DNA of 64,000 nucleotides from Amphiscolops sp. MND2022 (Eukaryota): NCBI GenBank assembly GCA_964187785.1, contig OZ076409.1, positions 99,574,001 to 99,638,000 of the forward strand, read 5' to 3'. Shown piece by piece: positions 24,901 to 37,058 of this stretch (position 1 is its first letter; each line of letters starts with the position of its first letter). The notes under the pieces were generated by a model. It saw only the letters and a program-made list of their open reading frames with translations, ran no database searches and was not told where the DNA came from. The position numbers and the translations under genes were made by a program.

Positions 24901-25680
24901 ATCATAGACTGGTACCGTGGCAAAGTAAAATTTGCGTGGTGGTTGGAGCTGATTATCACTTGTTTCCCCAATTATCCTCGCATTAGATTGCTGGATGAGT
25001 GGACTCATACTTTCGAGATTCCGCTTCCTCCGAAAGCCGTTTTGAGCACCCTAGACACATGAGTCAGGGCGAGCAGTGATAACCGAGCGATGCCACGCTC
25101 GGTATGGCAAGACCTGGCTGCAATCCAGGGGCGTACGCCCCACGTATGCTTGCCTGCCGACAATGGGCCGGGGAGAGAGATCATCTACCCGGGAATCCTG
25201 CATCCAGCCCCAACAGAACACCTCTCGTATGATGTGACTGATTTGCTTCAAGTAAAAGGTGACATAGTGTTGGCGTGTCCCGCTGACCTAGAGACCAACT
25301 CAGCTGCCCTACGGTACGTGCTACGAGAATGCGGCAAGGAGAATGTGTTCTCCTTACGTCCTAAGGTGGGGGCGATTCTCACCATTCCTCCCGATATCAA
25401 CCCAAACCCCAATCAGAGTATTCATTTGTTAATAATCAGAGCAAACCAGCGTGCGCCGCTGCTCGCAGACGACTACCTACGTTGTATGACGCACTTGATA
25501 CAGCGTTTGATGGAGAAGGGATCTACGAGGGTCCACCTACCTATGCTGGATCCAGAGCGACCCGCCCTCTCACTAGTAAACTTATATCATACCCTAACGA
25601 ATTTGCTGGAGGGTACTGGTATTCACGTGGTGCTGCACAACCGCGTGTATGTGTCCATTCTGAGCATAGGGCTGGAGTAG
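18935..25680 (+). pseudogene. pol: Pol of Gypsy B: PR, RT, RNase H, integrase and long C-terminal extension; disrupted by TAA 20126-20128, TAG 21491-21493, a frameshift at ~24669 and TGA 25060-25062
   Basis: LVDTGSGVS/FLLGRNFL; SPWASG, DFRPLN, MPFGL, YIDD; DTDAS; HHCC (AHDAMGH..CITC), YDH..SDN..VERQN; WRGPHKI (GPY/F). Confidence 0.95.
24652..25642 (+). other. Two tandem degenerate macrodomains (TARG1/Poa1p-like) at the Pol C-terminus
   Basis: By-eye match to the TARG1 pattern: VRCITADL/LACPADL ~ AHCISED; WLLVT/HLLIIR ~ YYLITK; LLSCLEGLR/YLRCMTHL ~ LQKSLEAM; VHLPML ~ LSMPRI; LLEGTGIHVVLH ~ VFEATDIKITVY. Confidence 0.7.
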
Positions 25681-25957
25681 CCCACCCAAAACATTTTTGT
25701 TGCCCCCTTATTCAATTTGCCCACCCGATAATCGTCATGCCTGGGAAGAAGTCTTAAACTATCCCATGAAATAATTACATTGTAACGTAGCGTTAGATAA
25801 CTTCTATCTTTGTGTTCTAATTAGTTAGTTGAACTACAATTTAAACTTGTTGCGGTTCCCCTATGGAACCATCTTTGCTGCTGAGTGATGAGCCTTAAGC
25901 GCTCCCTATAATGCACTTGGTAAGCCTAACGGTAATCCTTTTTAGACCTATGATATT

Positions 25958-28900
25958 ATGGCTTATTACCCCAACAACACGGTACCTATTGCCACGACGG
26001 GACCTCACGCCAATAGGACCCAAGAATTGCCTGTGCGAGCGCAGAGGACTAACCAAGTCCAATACGTTGAAGAGAGATTGAGGAACGGCCTCTCACCGTT
26101 AGCGGTAGCGGGCGTGGCAGCCCTACTTACCCAACTGGACACAATGCAGACGCTGCCTGGTGTGTCCGTGTCTCTGGTGACGGAAGTAGCCGGTTACCGT
26201 CGCACCCTAACCTGCCAAAACAATGCGTGGGATGGCCACGATCTGACGCACCAGTTCCTAGATGAACGGTCCACCACAATGCTCGGACCCAGCCAAGGTA
26301 CGAGATTCGAGCAAGAAGCCTCACTGTGTATGGTGCCTGCCAGCGTAGCAACAATGCCTCCTCCTCCGATGGTCGCATTGCCCCCACCAGCGCCAAATTC
26401 AGTACCAATGACGCCAACTTATTCCGGTTCGCCTGCCTTTGGGACCTCATATCGAGCGCCGCATATGGTACTGCAAACCACTACTAATGCACCAGTCTCT
26501 GATCGGGAGCCCTCGGGGTCCCGGTTGCCACCCATACCCAACCCAGAGCTAATGGGAAGGAGTACCAGCGAACAGGCCGTAATTGTGGCTTTGCAAGCGG
26601 TGGCGAACTATCCCAACTCAACCGATTTTGTCCGTGCCGTGGAGCAGAGAATCCCTGGATTAGCCACGTATCTGCAAGCTGCTGCTCAGCCCGCGGGCTG
26701 TGACCCTCCTGCTCCCCTAGTTGAAACAGCCTCTATGGATATGGAAATTGTCGCTGGACCGAGTAACAGCGCAAGCGCTGCCTCTGGCACACGAGAAGAA
26801 GCGGGGAGAAAGCGGCTGACTGAAGAAACTGTCTCAGTTGCCCCAGCTGGCTCGGTAACCGAGAGCCCAACTAGTCGTCCCCCTCCCGACAAGCGCGCTG
26901 ACGTACCTCGGTCCCAGCTGAAGAGTGTGGTTATCCCTAGGCCCCCGTACCGAGTAGGCCATCTAGGCCGAAGCGCTCCTCAAATGTCTTTAGCAGACGC
27001 GATCGAACAGTATGGCGATCCGGATGCAGGCTCGGAAGTGAGCTCTGTGCCCTCGGGCACCAATCCAATAGACATGTCCCTGGAGATACCTGAGACGGTG
27101 GAGGAAGTCCATCCTCCAGCCTTCCTCCCTCCATCTGACGACGTATCCGGCTCAGTAGTCACCAATGGTAGCAAACGCATTTGGATGGTGGCTGAGCATC
27201 TCTACCCCAGTCAATGTGCTATCAAGAAAAGGACTCCTCCAACTGAAACGAAGCAAAAAGAGATCAACCGGACCACGATACCGGCGCAAGTCACACGCTC
27301 GGTCCGCCCCCGTGACGCAGACATGTCGGAGCAGTCTTGGGAACAGCGTGCTCGAGAGCAGCTGCATATGACAACCAACGACTACATGGCGCCCTTGCAA
27401 CACATTATCACTGAGCAGTTTCCCGCACGGTATGTGTTGCGAGAGAGTGAGACGTGGGAGGCGAATGCCCGTTACGCCCGCAACCTGAGATCCTTGAAAC
27501 CCTTATTGAAAGCAGCTCTGCAGCGTGCGCGCTACTGCATCGCAGTTGATTCCACTTGCCGAAGTGACCTCCCCATTGACAATTTAATGCCTGACGTGCT
27601 GGTGCTAACTATGCCCCTGTCTCGCTTCGCTGAGGTCGCTGAGATGGTCGGAGCCATATACGATCCAAACTTAAGAGGATCACAAAAGGAACCACCCCCA
27701 CAGCGAGTGATCTTCGCCAATCTCCTGGATCACATGGCTTGCGAAGGATTGCTGCATGACCTGGACGCCATAATGTCCAATGTCCGACGACTGGGAGACA
27801 TTGCTGCCCTGGTGAACGAGGTGGTTGGTGCAATGGAACGTGCCGCAGGGATCCTTCGGGGTCGTCTGGGAGCGCTCGCGCTCTTTGTATCCCCACCGGG
27901 ATTCATGTATTGGCCACGCAGTCTGCAACATTTCGTCTACATTCTGCTGGAGGTGTGCAAGGCGCGCAGAGTGGAATTCGCCATCTGTGCACCGAACTTG
28001 CGCGTGGATCGAGAGGACCTGCGCCCGGATACCATATCGTATCCTGCCTTCTTTGCCGCCGTATCTAGAGCGCTGGTGGCTATAGAACGCTCGGGAAACG
28101 CCCAGCTAACCATTGACGATGCCATCCTCTATGATTATGGAATGCGGATGGGCAGACTGGCCTTTGACCTTGACGGCAACCGCACCGCCCGAGAATCTAA
28201 TGTAACTGAACGAGAGGCTGTTCGCCGGTACAATTGGCTAGTGCGAAAAGATAAAGAAATCCCAGTGCGCGCAGAACTAGCCGATCTGACGAAACAAATT
28301 TGTGCATGGCCTGCGGCGCGCACCGTCGAAAGAACGATTCCTCAGATCCGCTTCGCCTCGGGAATCGAGCCCGTGAAGCTGCCTGTAGGGCTGCGATGTA
28401 TCATAGCAGTCGAAGCAACGAATCTGAAAGCAGAAGTCGACGCCGCAGCCACCACTTATGCTTATTGGTACCAGACTAGGTTTGCCACTAGAACTCTGGC
28501 AGAAGTAGCTCGAGAGCTCGATTGTCCATTGGAAGCCTTCTGTACCAGTCTCGGTCTAGGGTGGAACCTAGAGGTACTAACTTCTGAGTTCTGGCTGACC
28601 TCTACGCAAACGGACAAACTGTTAGAAACAATTGGGGAGGCAACCGTCGGAGAAATACTAGCGCTCGCGCTAGCGATGGGCCCAACCAAGTTCGTAGCCG
28701 GACCACTGGCTTTGTTAGCCGACATGGTAATTGCCTGCGACCTAACCATGTTCTACAGCTTCTTGGTCCTGGCACAAGGACAACTACGCAGTCTGACCCG
28801 TTGGGGACACTTGATGACTTCCAAACACCAGCAGGACTATTCCGCACAACTGGAGCGCATGCGTGCGTCAATCCAGCACTGGCTATACTCCACCCTGGTG

Positions 28901-30268
28901 TTCGCCTCCGGCATATTCGTGGGCGTAGACCAATCCCAACCACTCCATAACCCCGACCAGCAGATCTCCCGGGAAACGGCAGGATTCCCCATGCCGCAGC
29001 AGATTGCAGATCTCACCCTGGCAGAAGTAGAAGACTTTGTGGCGGCAATGGCTCCTGTCTTGGCCCCTATCTTTGGCGCCGCAGTGGGCGTGTGCCGATA
29101 CCCAACAAAACCATTGGCAACGGCCGTCCAAGTGCACATGGTCTCCTTCAGTACCTATCTGCGAGGCCGTCCTTCACTGGCGTACCCAAGGGTGATACAT
29201 GCAGTGCTGAGTGGTGAGGTGCCGCATGGGTACACAACCATAAAATCCGAAAGAGAGTTGGAGGAGAACTTGATGGGCATGCTGCGCGCGCGCACCAGGA
29301 AAGCATGTCCCCTACCCCGGGAGCATGGACCTGTGAACTGGTATTCCGCACCTCTCAGTTTGGAAGGGGTTCCCTTTAGATTCCCCTGGAGTCAAGAGTT
29401 CGTGAGGAAGGCGATTCGCGCCAGCACTAGTGCTGGTCCACCCGTGGACCCTTTATACTGCTACAAATGCATCGCCTTCCCAAATCGTTATTGGAAGGAG
29501 CCGTTAGGTTGGCCCAGGGCAAAACCCGTTGGACGCGCCCCAGAAGTGTTCAACCGCCAAATCCAACACTTGGAGTCAGCCCAGATCCCAGGATGAATTG
29601 AAGGCGCTGCTCAGATTAGGCACAGAAATCTCCAATCCCGCGTCATTCCATTCCCCAGGAAGTCGGCATGGAAGCCTACGGGAAAGATGACCATGTCTGG
29701 AGATATGTCCATCGTCCAGCATTATGAGATAAATTCCGTGTTGGGCTCAGCAGAACGAGCGAGATGGGAAGAATACTGTCTGGAATTGGAGATTGCAAGC
29801 TTCCCTAAATGGAAGAGAGCTTGCGAGCTCTGGAGCCAATCTGGATGGATCTCACGCCGTGTGGCACTAGCGGTCGAAGGTAGAGCAGAGATAGCGAGAC
29901 AACAGGCGTTCGCGCCTACCATGCTCGCACCAACGATGGCGATGTCCTTGGATCGGCCCATCTCTCAACCGATCACCATTAACCTTCCAACCCATGACCT
30001 GGAGCCAGACCCAGTTGGCCCGTCTTCGTCGCGAACGAGCCCTCAGTCCTCGCAGCAGCAATCCGGAGAACACACTGCCGAATTGACTCCCAATGCAGCA
30101 CTAGTGCAGCCTATTGCCGAGTTGTCGCTCCCCGAAAGTCCGTCGGACTCTGAAACAGTTACAACCGAAGTCTCTCCCCGACGTCGAGCGTCAGTGTCGA
30201 CCGACAACCCAGAACAGAACCTACATGATGCCGCCAAAGAGCGGACCCGACACAGTTCAGCTCAATAA
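25958..30268 (+). CDS. Extra ORF2 of Gypsy B in the env position (~1,436 codons, one in-frame TGA at 29594-29596); central SGNH-hydrolase-like fold; function unknown
   Basis: ORFs 25958-29596 and 29687-30268 share a frame with no other stop between them; lies between the pol stop and the 3' LTR. Confidence 0.85.
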
Positions 30269-31015
30269 ACCCAGCCGCTAATGGGAGCGTTCGCGCTCCC
30301 TATACCCTCATAAACTGCCAACAAACAGTGCCTTAAAACTTCTCATCCAGAACGGTGCTAGAGTACAAAGTGCAATTTTTGTTCTTAGTTATGGTTATAT
30401 AGTTAGTGTACCATTAGTGTTGCACTGGGTGTACGGCCAATAGAGTACGCCTGCCCCAGTGGCTTGAGTGACCAAGCAGAAAGAAAAGAAAACTATTGTT
30501 CAAAAAACTATCATTTTTGTTGCGCAACGTTCGCGGTGTTTTTGAGTTGTCACAATCAAAAGAAGTCTTACCCCTCTTGATTGCGTTTCTATCTAGTCTA
30601 GTGTCCTTCATCAATCTGGTTGTTTACCGTAGGAGCCCCCAAGCTCTAAAAAAGTTTTTAATCGCCTGAATGAAATGAAGACTCGTAATCTCAAATGGTA
30701 AGGAAAAGAAATCTTAGCTGACTTTGCTCGCAAAAAAAGTTTTTACACAAGTTGACTGCCCAAACGAATTTTAAACCGGCTGAAAACTGTAGCTCTCGAG
30801 CTGGTGCTAAAACCTAGTTCATGTTTCGTACGAATAGCTAGGCAGTAAGTTCTTTTTTTGTGTGAAAAAAACTGCAAAGTCGACCAAAATTGTTGCCGAA
30901 AAACAAGGACTCGTCCTTGTTCTCCGACGTGTGGATGATGATTCCCAGCAGTCACTGTGATGCAGTTCCCAGACGATCCAGACGCCGCTTGCCAGGGACG
31001 ACAAGCCAGGAGCCT

Positions 31016-31024
31016 GGGGAGTGA
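31016..31024 (+). promoter_or_regulatory. Short polypurine tract GGGGAGTGA
   Basis: Immediately precedes the 3' LTR; the related element C has GAGGAGTGA at the same position. Confidence 0.7.
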
Positions 31025-31756
31025 TGTAACGGCAAGCTCTGGTACAGCAACATCAACTTCGACATGTTCAGAAAATTTTGTCAAAAATTCGTTCAAATTT
31101 GACGTGGCACTCAAACATGCTCAAGACGAAGTACCTGCCAGAAAAGCACCCCAGAAAAAACAGAAATCGCCGCTCGCGACGAACAAGCACCGGAGACGAC
31201 TAAAAAGACGTCCCCGACGTATACAGAACACGGTATTGTGTCGATCTCTAGGAGATATCCATTACTACAGTAAAGGAAACCAGTGTTCCAGATGTTCGCC
31301 TGAGTATCCCTGCGGTATCCTGTGTGGCAACTAGCGCTAGCGCTGGGAACCTGAGGTCAATCTTCATCAAATGACTCTGAACTCTTGATTTCTTGTTGTA
31401 TTTTTCGATGTGGTAAATTAATATGCTCGAGAGCTGTTGTTTAACATCTGTTTATCCAATTTGGCGATTTTATCAGATTCTCCAATATTACGGTTCAACC
31501 TTCATCGATTTTCAGCCCAATTTTTAAAGGCTAGTTGAGCAGTGGTCTTGAGTCTTGCAAGATGCCTGTTACTTTTAGCAGTTACAGACTAGGACCAGGC
31601 CAGAGAGCGTCCTACAAGACGGTTCCCCCACCTTGGGACTGGCTCCTTCGGAGGGAAAATGAGCTAGAGCCGCGGAGATCTAGGTCCCGGATTATATTCG
31701 CTGTTCTAGTTCCTCCACTCTACGTTGCGGTTCAAGCGCCAGCGCTTATCGTTACA
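31025..31756 (+). repeat. 3' LTR of Gypsy B
   Basis: Same length as the 5' LTR; 3 substitutions seen. Confidence 0.98.
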
Positions 31757-32115
31757 ACCAGTGGAATTCAGAAAAAATATGCTGCCGTTATGGAATCTGA
31801 TATAGGTGAAACTCATGTAAACCAAGAAGCTTTTAACGTTCAAAGCGTGGAATTGAGAGAGTCTGACGTAGGGTCATCGGAATATTCTACAGGACCATCA
31901 TGCACGTCTAGGAAACTTGAGTTAGAGGGACTGAAATTGTCTCTAAAAGAAGCAATATCTGCAGAGATAAAACCCTGATGGCCCAAACTCATAAAAAACA
32001 ATTTACAGTTCTGCGATCAAAGACTATGGAAAATATAGAAGCAGCGGAAACACCAGCTTTTCCGTCCCAAAGACGCAATGACTTGAAAACAGCGGATCCA
32101 GCAGAGTTGGTAACA
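31757..32115 (+). mobile_element. Older repeat (probable LTR carrying a short ORF) into which Gypsy B inserted
   Basis: Joining the flanks gives MTSGIQKK...LEGLKLSLKEAISAEIK, similar to MSTTRSQKRK...LESLRASLKEEITSEIK at 44520-44920; both end in GTAACA. Confidence 0.55.
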
Positions 32116-33226
32116 ACTATGTGACTGACACATATAAGCTTTCAAATTAATATTTCACAGCAAGTAAGCTAGTAAAAACTATAAATAAATGTATATTTCA
32201 TGTAAGTTATGTATGTGTTTTACATATTCAATTGTATATTAACATACCGTTTTTGGAAAATCTTTCCATTTTACGCGATGACTACGAGAAACCAGGAAAG
32301 GGCAGCAACTGTTTTGGTGCGTGACGAATTCACAGGGTCTTCATTAACCGATAGTTTTAGATTGGAAAGTGTCGAAACAAACGATCAGGTTGTTCGCGTA
32401 GCAAGAATGTCAGAAGGTTTCACAGAGTGCGTTTAGTATGAGTTTTAATATCACAATATTAGTTCTAATATAATTCCTGTCTCTAGTTGAGGAGGAAGAG
32501 GATTATCCTCGGTTGAAAACCACGGCGATACCATGCCGGTACACTCCAAGTCAGGACACTTCCCCCAAGTACAAAAAACGATTCCTTGGGTTCCAAAGTG
32601 TCCCTGCATACCTTCGAGGTCTGAAAATAGTCACTATGGGAAATGCATTGATTTGACCATATCAGACAAAGCGATAGATTTACAAGATCAGACATTGACT
32701 GATTCCTGAAAACAACACAAAGACCCACGTTTTTGCCAGTAAACACAACTGATCAAGGCAAGACACTGATCTGCGGAATAATTCATACACTGTTTAACTT
32801 AGTCCATATTAGCAATTCTTTGAGCGAAATTGGCTTGAATCCACATTTTTTTGGTTCTACAAAATGTATTGAATGATATCTTTGTAATACAGAGTATGTA
32901 TGCGTGTACGCTTTGGTCGGGCGTGTTTACTGTTCTTCTGTACTAATTTTGGGTTCATGCCAATCTACCAGGAATGATGACCTATTTTTGTGCCGTATTT
33001 CGAACGAATGTTCGGTTAACAGGTGTGTGGACATAACTAAGTCTCAATTCCTTGTCAATGTCCTAATCTACAAAAATCGTCAGTTAATTCGTTCAATGTT
33101 GCAACTCTTTTGCTTTGTACTAAACCAATGCTAATTAACTCGAAATTCATCTGTTATAATCTTTTTGCGCTCCGTAATTATCAGCAAGGACCCGTTTTGT
33201 GGAAGCTGGCACAGGACAAAACTAAC

Positions 33227-33430
33227 CACAACAAATATCATCCCTGTTTTGAGCCCGCACTTCTGAGACAAGACTTTCTGGGATCTGGTACTTAGCCCAT
33301 CCATTCTCGCTCAGGAAAATGGTATCTTTGTTGCCATCGAGGGAGTTACTCAGTGGGAAGTCAGATGCGAACGGTGCCGAAGATCCATATTCATCGAGTG
33401 GCTCTATTTTCACGGCGGGTCCCGTCACCG
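33227..33430 (-). CDS. Probable host exon: F5/8 type C / fucolectin-like segment
   Basis: TTGCAG acceptor, GTTAGT donor, 204 nt, phase 1-1; SNSLDGN..W...VSEVRAQNRDDICC resembles the FTP motifs DGN and NRxDCC. Confidence 0.6.
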
Positions 33431-33451
33431 CTGCAATACCAAAAGTAGGTT

Positions 33452-33856
33452 AACAAGCCGGGACCGGCCCAAGTCGGCGCCATATCTAAGGCTCAAAAAT
33501 AGCAAAAGGACTTCAAAGCGTCAAAGTATTGGTAAATTGAGGACCCTTTTATGAAAAAAAAATTTGGAAAAAAGTCTCACAATGCCGAAAAAACAGGAAG
33601 GGGATCCTTTGGGATTTTTCAACATCCATTTTGTCGGAAAATATCAAAAAATTAAAGGGGGATCCTTTGGTGAGAATTTTTCAAGAAAAAAAGTCTCACA
33701 GAGCCGAAATTACTCTAAGGGAGTACCCTTCGGCCCCGTTGAGTTTCTTAAGTTTCTGCAAGAAAAGTGGACCATTCAGAGTGAGATTGTAGGCTGAAAA
33801 AAACTACCCACTGTATTAGTCGGGCTTTTTTCCTTAAGGGAAAAGCGCCGACTAAA
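33452..33856 (+). mobile_element. Helentron/DINE-1-like non-autonomous element, family 1
   Basis: Starts AACAAG, subterminal AGTCGGCGC, 3' stem-loop AGTCGGGCTTTT...AAAAGCGCCGACT; multiple copies in the window. Confidence 0.65.
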
Positions 33857-33912
33857 AAGATGAACAACAGTATTCTTCTTCTAGAATGAAGCATTCTGTA
33901 TTTAAACCTGAG

Positions 33913-36733
33913 GTCTCGTTGGCGCATGTCCCAAACAACTTTAGAACCACGTTTCAAGATTAGTCTTTCAAAAGTCTCGTTATTTTTAAGTCGGTTAAGT
34001 TTTGAGTTGAGTAACATTCAAGTAACATTTCTCAGTCAGTTTGTTCTCGAAAAGTCAGATTATACCAAATTTTAGATTTATACCAAAGTCAGATTTTAGG
34101 TATAATATATACCTTGTAGCTCACCTATGCCAAACTAATTTGACAGTAGGAAAGAAGATTTCAATCGAAACAATTCGGTGTGATGTAGAAATGCTAATGA
34201 GACCGCCAATCACTAAAATATTTGCAACGGAATCTTTTTCAGCAAAATCTAGAACACCTATTTTATTGCATGCCAAGTCGCGCCCTTGGGAATTTGTTCA
34301 AATCCATCAAACTTTTTGCTGTGATCAGAATTCAAAAACAATGTTCAAACCCTGGTTGAAACTTCTTGAACTTTTTGCATGTACTTTGATGTTGCCAGCA
34401 ACGTTTATTATGATTTTCTAAAACTCTTACGGAAACTTTAATGCGAAAATATTTACCTGTTGTATTCGACTTTTATCAAGCTGCTTGAAAGATTCATCAA
34501 AGTTTTGGCGGCAATTTTAGTCCTTGAAGTTTTGCAGGTTCCTTGAAGAAGCTGTTCTAATTTTAAAAGCAAATAAATCGCTCTCAGTTCAACAGCCATT
34601 TTAATGCAAAATAAATTCAGTCACGTAATAAACTGCAAAGTAGCGTCATGTTTAGCGTCCTATTTGAGAAGCGGTGGTTTAATGACATCAGATAGTTGTT
34701 GAGCAAACAAAGTGTAAATACAAAGTTGTCGTGTCGGTGATGATGTTGTATTTATTTTCAAATTTGATTGCAGTAGTGGAAAATGCAGTGTAATTCTACA
34801 AGATTTACCGCCTGAAATGACACTGAATTTTCTAGGTTTTAGAAAAAATTACCCTGCATGCAGGCCTGCAGCATGTAAAAAATTCTCTGTCTGAGTCTGC
34901 TGATTGCTGTCCTCGCCCGGGGTACCTGAGAAGAGAATTATTGTCGGGAATTAGGGAAAATAAATGCACCACCGAAAATAAGAAAAGATTGCCAAATCAT
35001 TACAAGCGTGATTGTAAGCATTGAATGAAAGGTCATGCTGTTCATATTCTTTAGTAGTCGGAAAAATTTTTCGACTACTAATGCAATCGTGTCTGTTTTT
35101 TTTTGTTTTTTTTCTCCCGACTTTTCATGAAAATTTTAAAGTTCTCAAAAACTGTCCATCCGATTTTCATAAAATGTTGCACAGTCATTCTACACCCAAA
35201 GGGGCCCCTGCATGCACGAAGGCATCAAAATCGTGGTTGGGATGTGAGAAACATAGCCAAAATTAGCCCAAAAATGGCAAAAAGCAGCCATTTTTCGGCT
35301 TTTTTCGATTTTCTCAAAAAATGCGTCTCGTTGGCGCATGTCCCAAACAACTTTAGAACCACGTTTCAAGATTAGTCTTTCAAAAGTCTCGTTATTTTTA
35401 AGTCGGTTAAGTTTTGAGTTGAGTAACATTCAAGTAACATTTCTCAGTCAGTTTGTTCTCGAAAAGTCAGATTATACCAAATTTTAGATTTATACCAAAG
35501 TCAGATTTTAGGTATAATATATACCTTGTAGCTCACCTATGCCAAACTAATTTGACAGTAGAAAAGAAGATTTCAATCGAAACAATTCGGTGTGATGTAG
35601 AAATGCTAATGAGACCGCCAATCACTAAAATATTTGCAACGGAATCTTTTTCAGCAAAATCTAGAACACCTATTTTATTGCATGCCAAGTCGCGCCCTTG
35701 GGAATTTGTTCAAATCCATCAAACTTTTTGCTGTGATCAGAATTCAAAAACAATGTTCAAACCCTGGTTGAAACTTCTTGAACTTTTTGCATGTACTTTG
35801 ATGTTGCCAGCAACGTTTATTATGATTTTCTAAAACTCTTACGGAAACTTTAATGCGAAAATATTTACCTGTTGTATTCGACTTTTATCAAGCTGCTTGA
35901 AAGATTCATCAAAGTTTTGGCGGCAATTTTAGTCCTTGAAGTTTTGCAGGTTCCTTGAAGAAGCTGTTCTAATTTTAAAAGCAAATAAATCGCTCTCAGT
36001 TCAACAGCCATTTTAATGCAAAATAAATTCAGTCACGTAATAAACTGCAAAGTAGCGTCATGTTTAGCGTCCTATTTGAAAAGCGGTGGTTTAATGACAT
36101 CAGATAGTTGTTGAGCAAACAAAGTGTAAATACAAAGTTGTCGTGTCGGTGATGATGTTGTATTTATTTTCAAATTTGATTGCAGTAGTGGAAAATGCAG
36201 TGTAATTCTACAAGATTTACCGCCTGAAATGTCACTGAATTTTCTAGGTTTTAGAAAAAATTACCCTGCATGCAGGCCTGCAGCATGTAAAAAATTCTCT
36301 GTCTGAGTCTGCTGATTGCTGTCCTCGCCCGGGGTACCTGAGAAGAGAATTATTGTCGGGAATTAGGGAAAATAAATGCACCACCGAAAATAAGAAAAGA
36401 TTGCCAAATCATTACAAGCGTGATTGTAAGCATTGAATGAAAGGTCATGCTGTTCATATTCTTTAGTAGTCGGAAAAATTTTTCGACTACTAATGCAATC
36501 GTGTCTGTTTTTTTTTGTTTTTTTTTCTCCCGACTTTTCATGAAAATTTTAAAGTTCTCAAAAACTGTCCATCCGATTTTCATAAAATGTTGCACAGTCA
36601 TTCTACACCCAAAGGGGCCCCTGCATGCACGAAGGCATCAAAATCGTGGTTGGGGTGTGAGAAACATAGCCAAAATTAGCCCAAAAATGGCAAAAAGAAG
36701 CCATTTTTCGGCTTTTTTCGATTTTCTCAAAAA
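33913..36733. repeat. Tandem duplication, 1,412-bp unit x2, near identical
   Basis: Unit starts GTCTCGTTGGCGCATG at 33913 and 35325. Confidence 0.95.
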
Positions 36734-36893
36734 CTCTCCATACGATTCGAACGAAATTTTCTACAGTCATTCTACACCACAATATGGTCCTACGTGTGCA
36801 ATTCCAATAAAGTGGTATGACTGGGATTGGAGCGAGTCAGAAGGAAAAAGACCTAAGCCGACTCCTTTACCGCATATGCGGCTCTGGGTATAT
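36462..36893 (-). mobile_element. Hairpin-ended non-autonomous element (Helentron-like family 2; partial copy at ~35050-35320)
   Basis: Terminal hairpin TAGTAGTCGGAAAAATTTTTCGACTACTA; internal repeat ACAGTCATTCTACACC; no TSD seen. Confidence 0.45.
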
Positions 36894-36965
36894 TTGATGT
36901 TTTGTGGGTTTTTGCTACCGATATATGGAAAAAAACAAATCGAATAGGCTAAAAAAAATTCTGAC

Positions 36966-37058
36966 CTGGCATTGAGTTGAACTTCATTGTGAGTGACATG
37001 TCCAAATCTTTCAGTTTCCGGTCCAAAGTGGCAAGGTCTACTACTTCACACCTGGTAC
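36966..37058 (-). CDS. Probable host exon (93 nt)
   Basis: TTCGTAG acceptor, GTCAGA donor, phase 1-1; splicing to the 41557 exon completes a TGT codon (CGEC). Confidence 0.6.

Larger units (their letters stand above)
12894..31756 (+). mobile_element. Full-length giant Ty3/Gypsy LTR retrotransposon B (18,863 bp)
   Basis: Two 732-bp near-identical LTRs, PBS, PPT, gag-PR-RT-RH-IN order, extra 3' ORF. Confidence 0.98.

Noticed and set aside
16199..30237. Many short antisense and alternate-frame ORFs within Gypsy B
   Set aside because: Expected shadows of long GC-rich coding sequence
25958..30268. ORF2 as a classical Env glycoprotein
   Set aside because: No signal peptide, no C-terminal TM anchor and no recognisable cleavage-site/fusion-peptide layout; hydrophobic stretches are internal
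32920..33068. Extra host exon after a strong acceptor-like site
   Set aside because: Stops in all three frames shortly after the AG
34041..35833. Duplicated 126-aa ORFs
   Set aside because: Non-ATG starts, no motif; they recur only because of the tandem duplication
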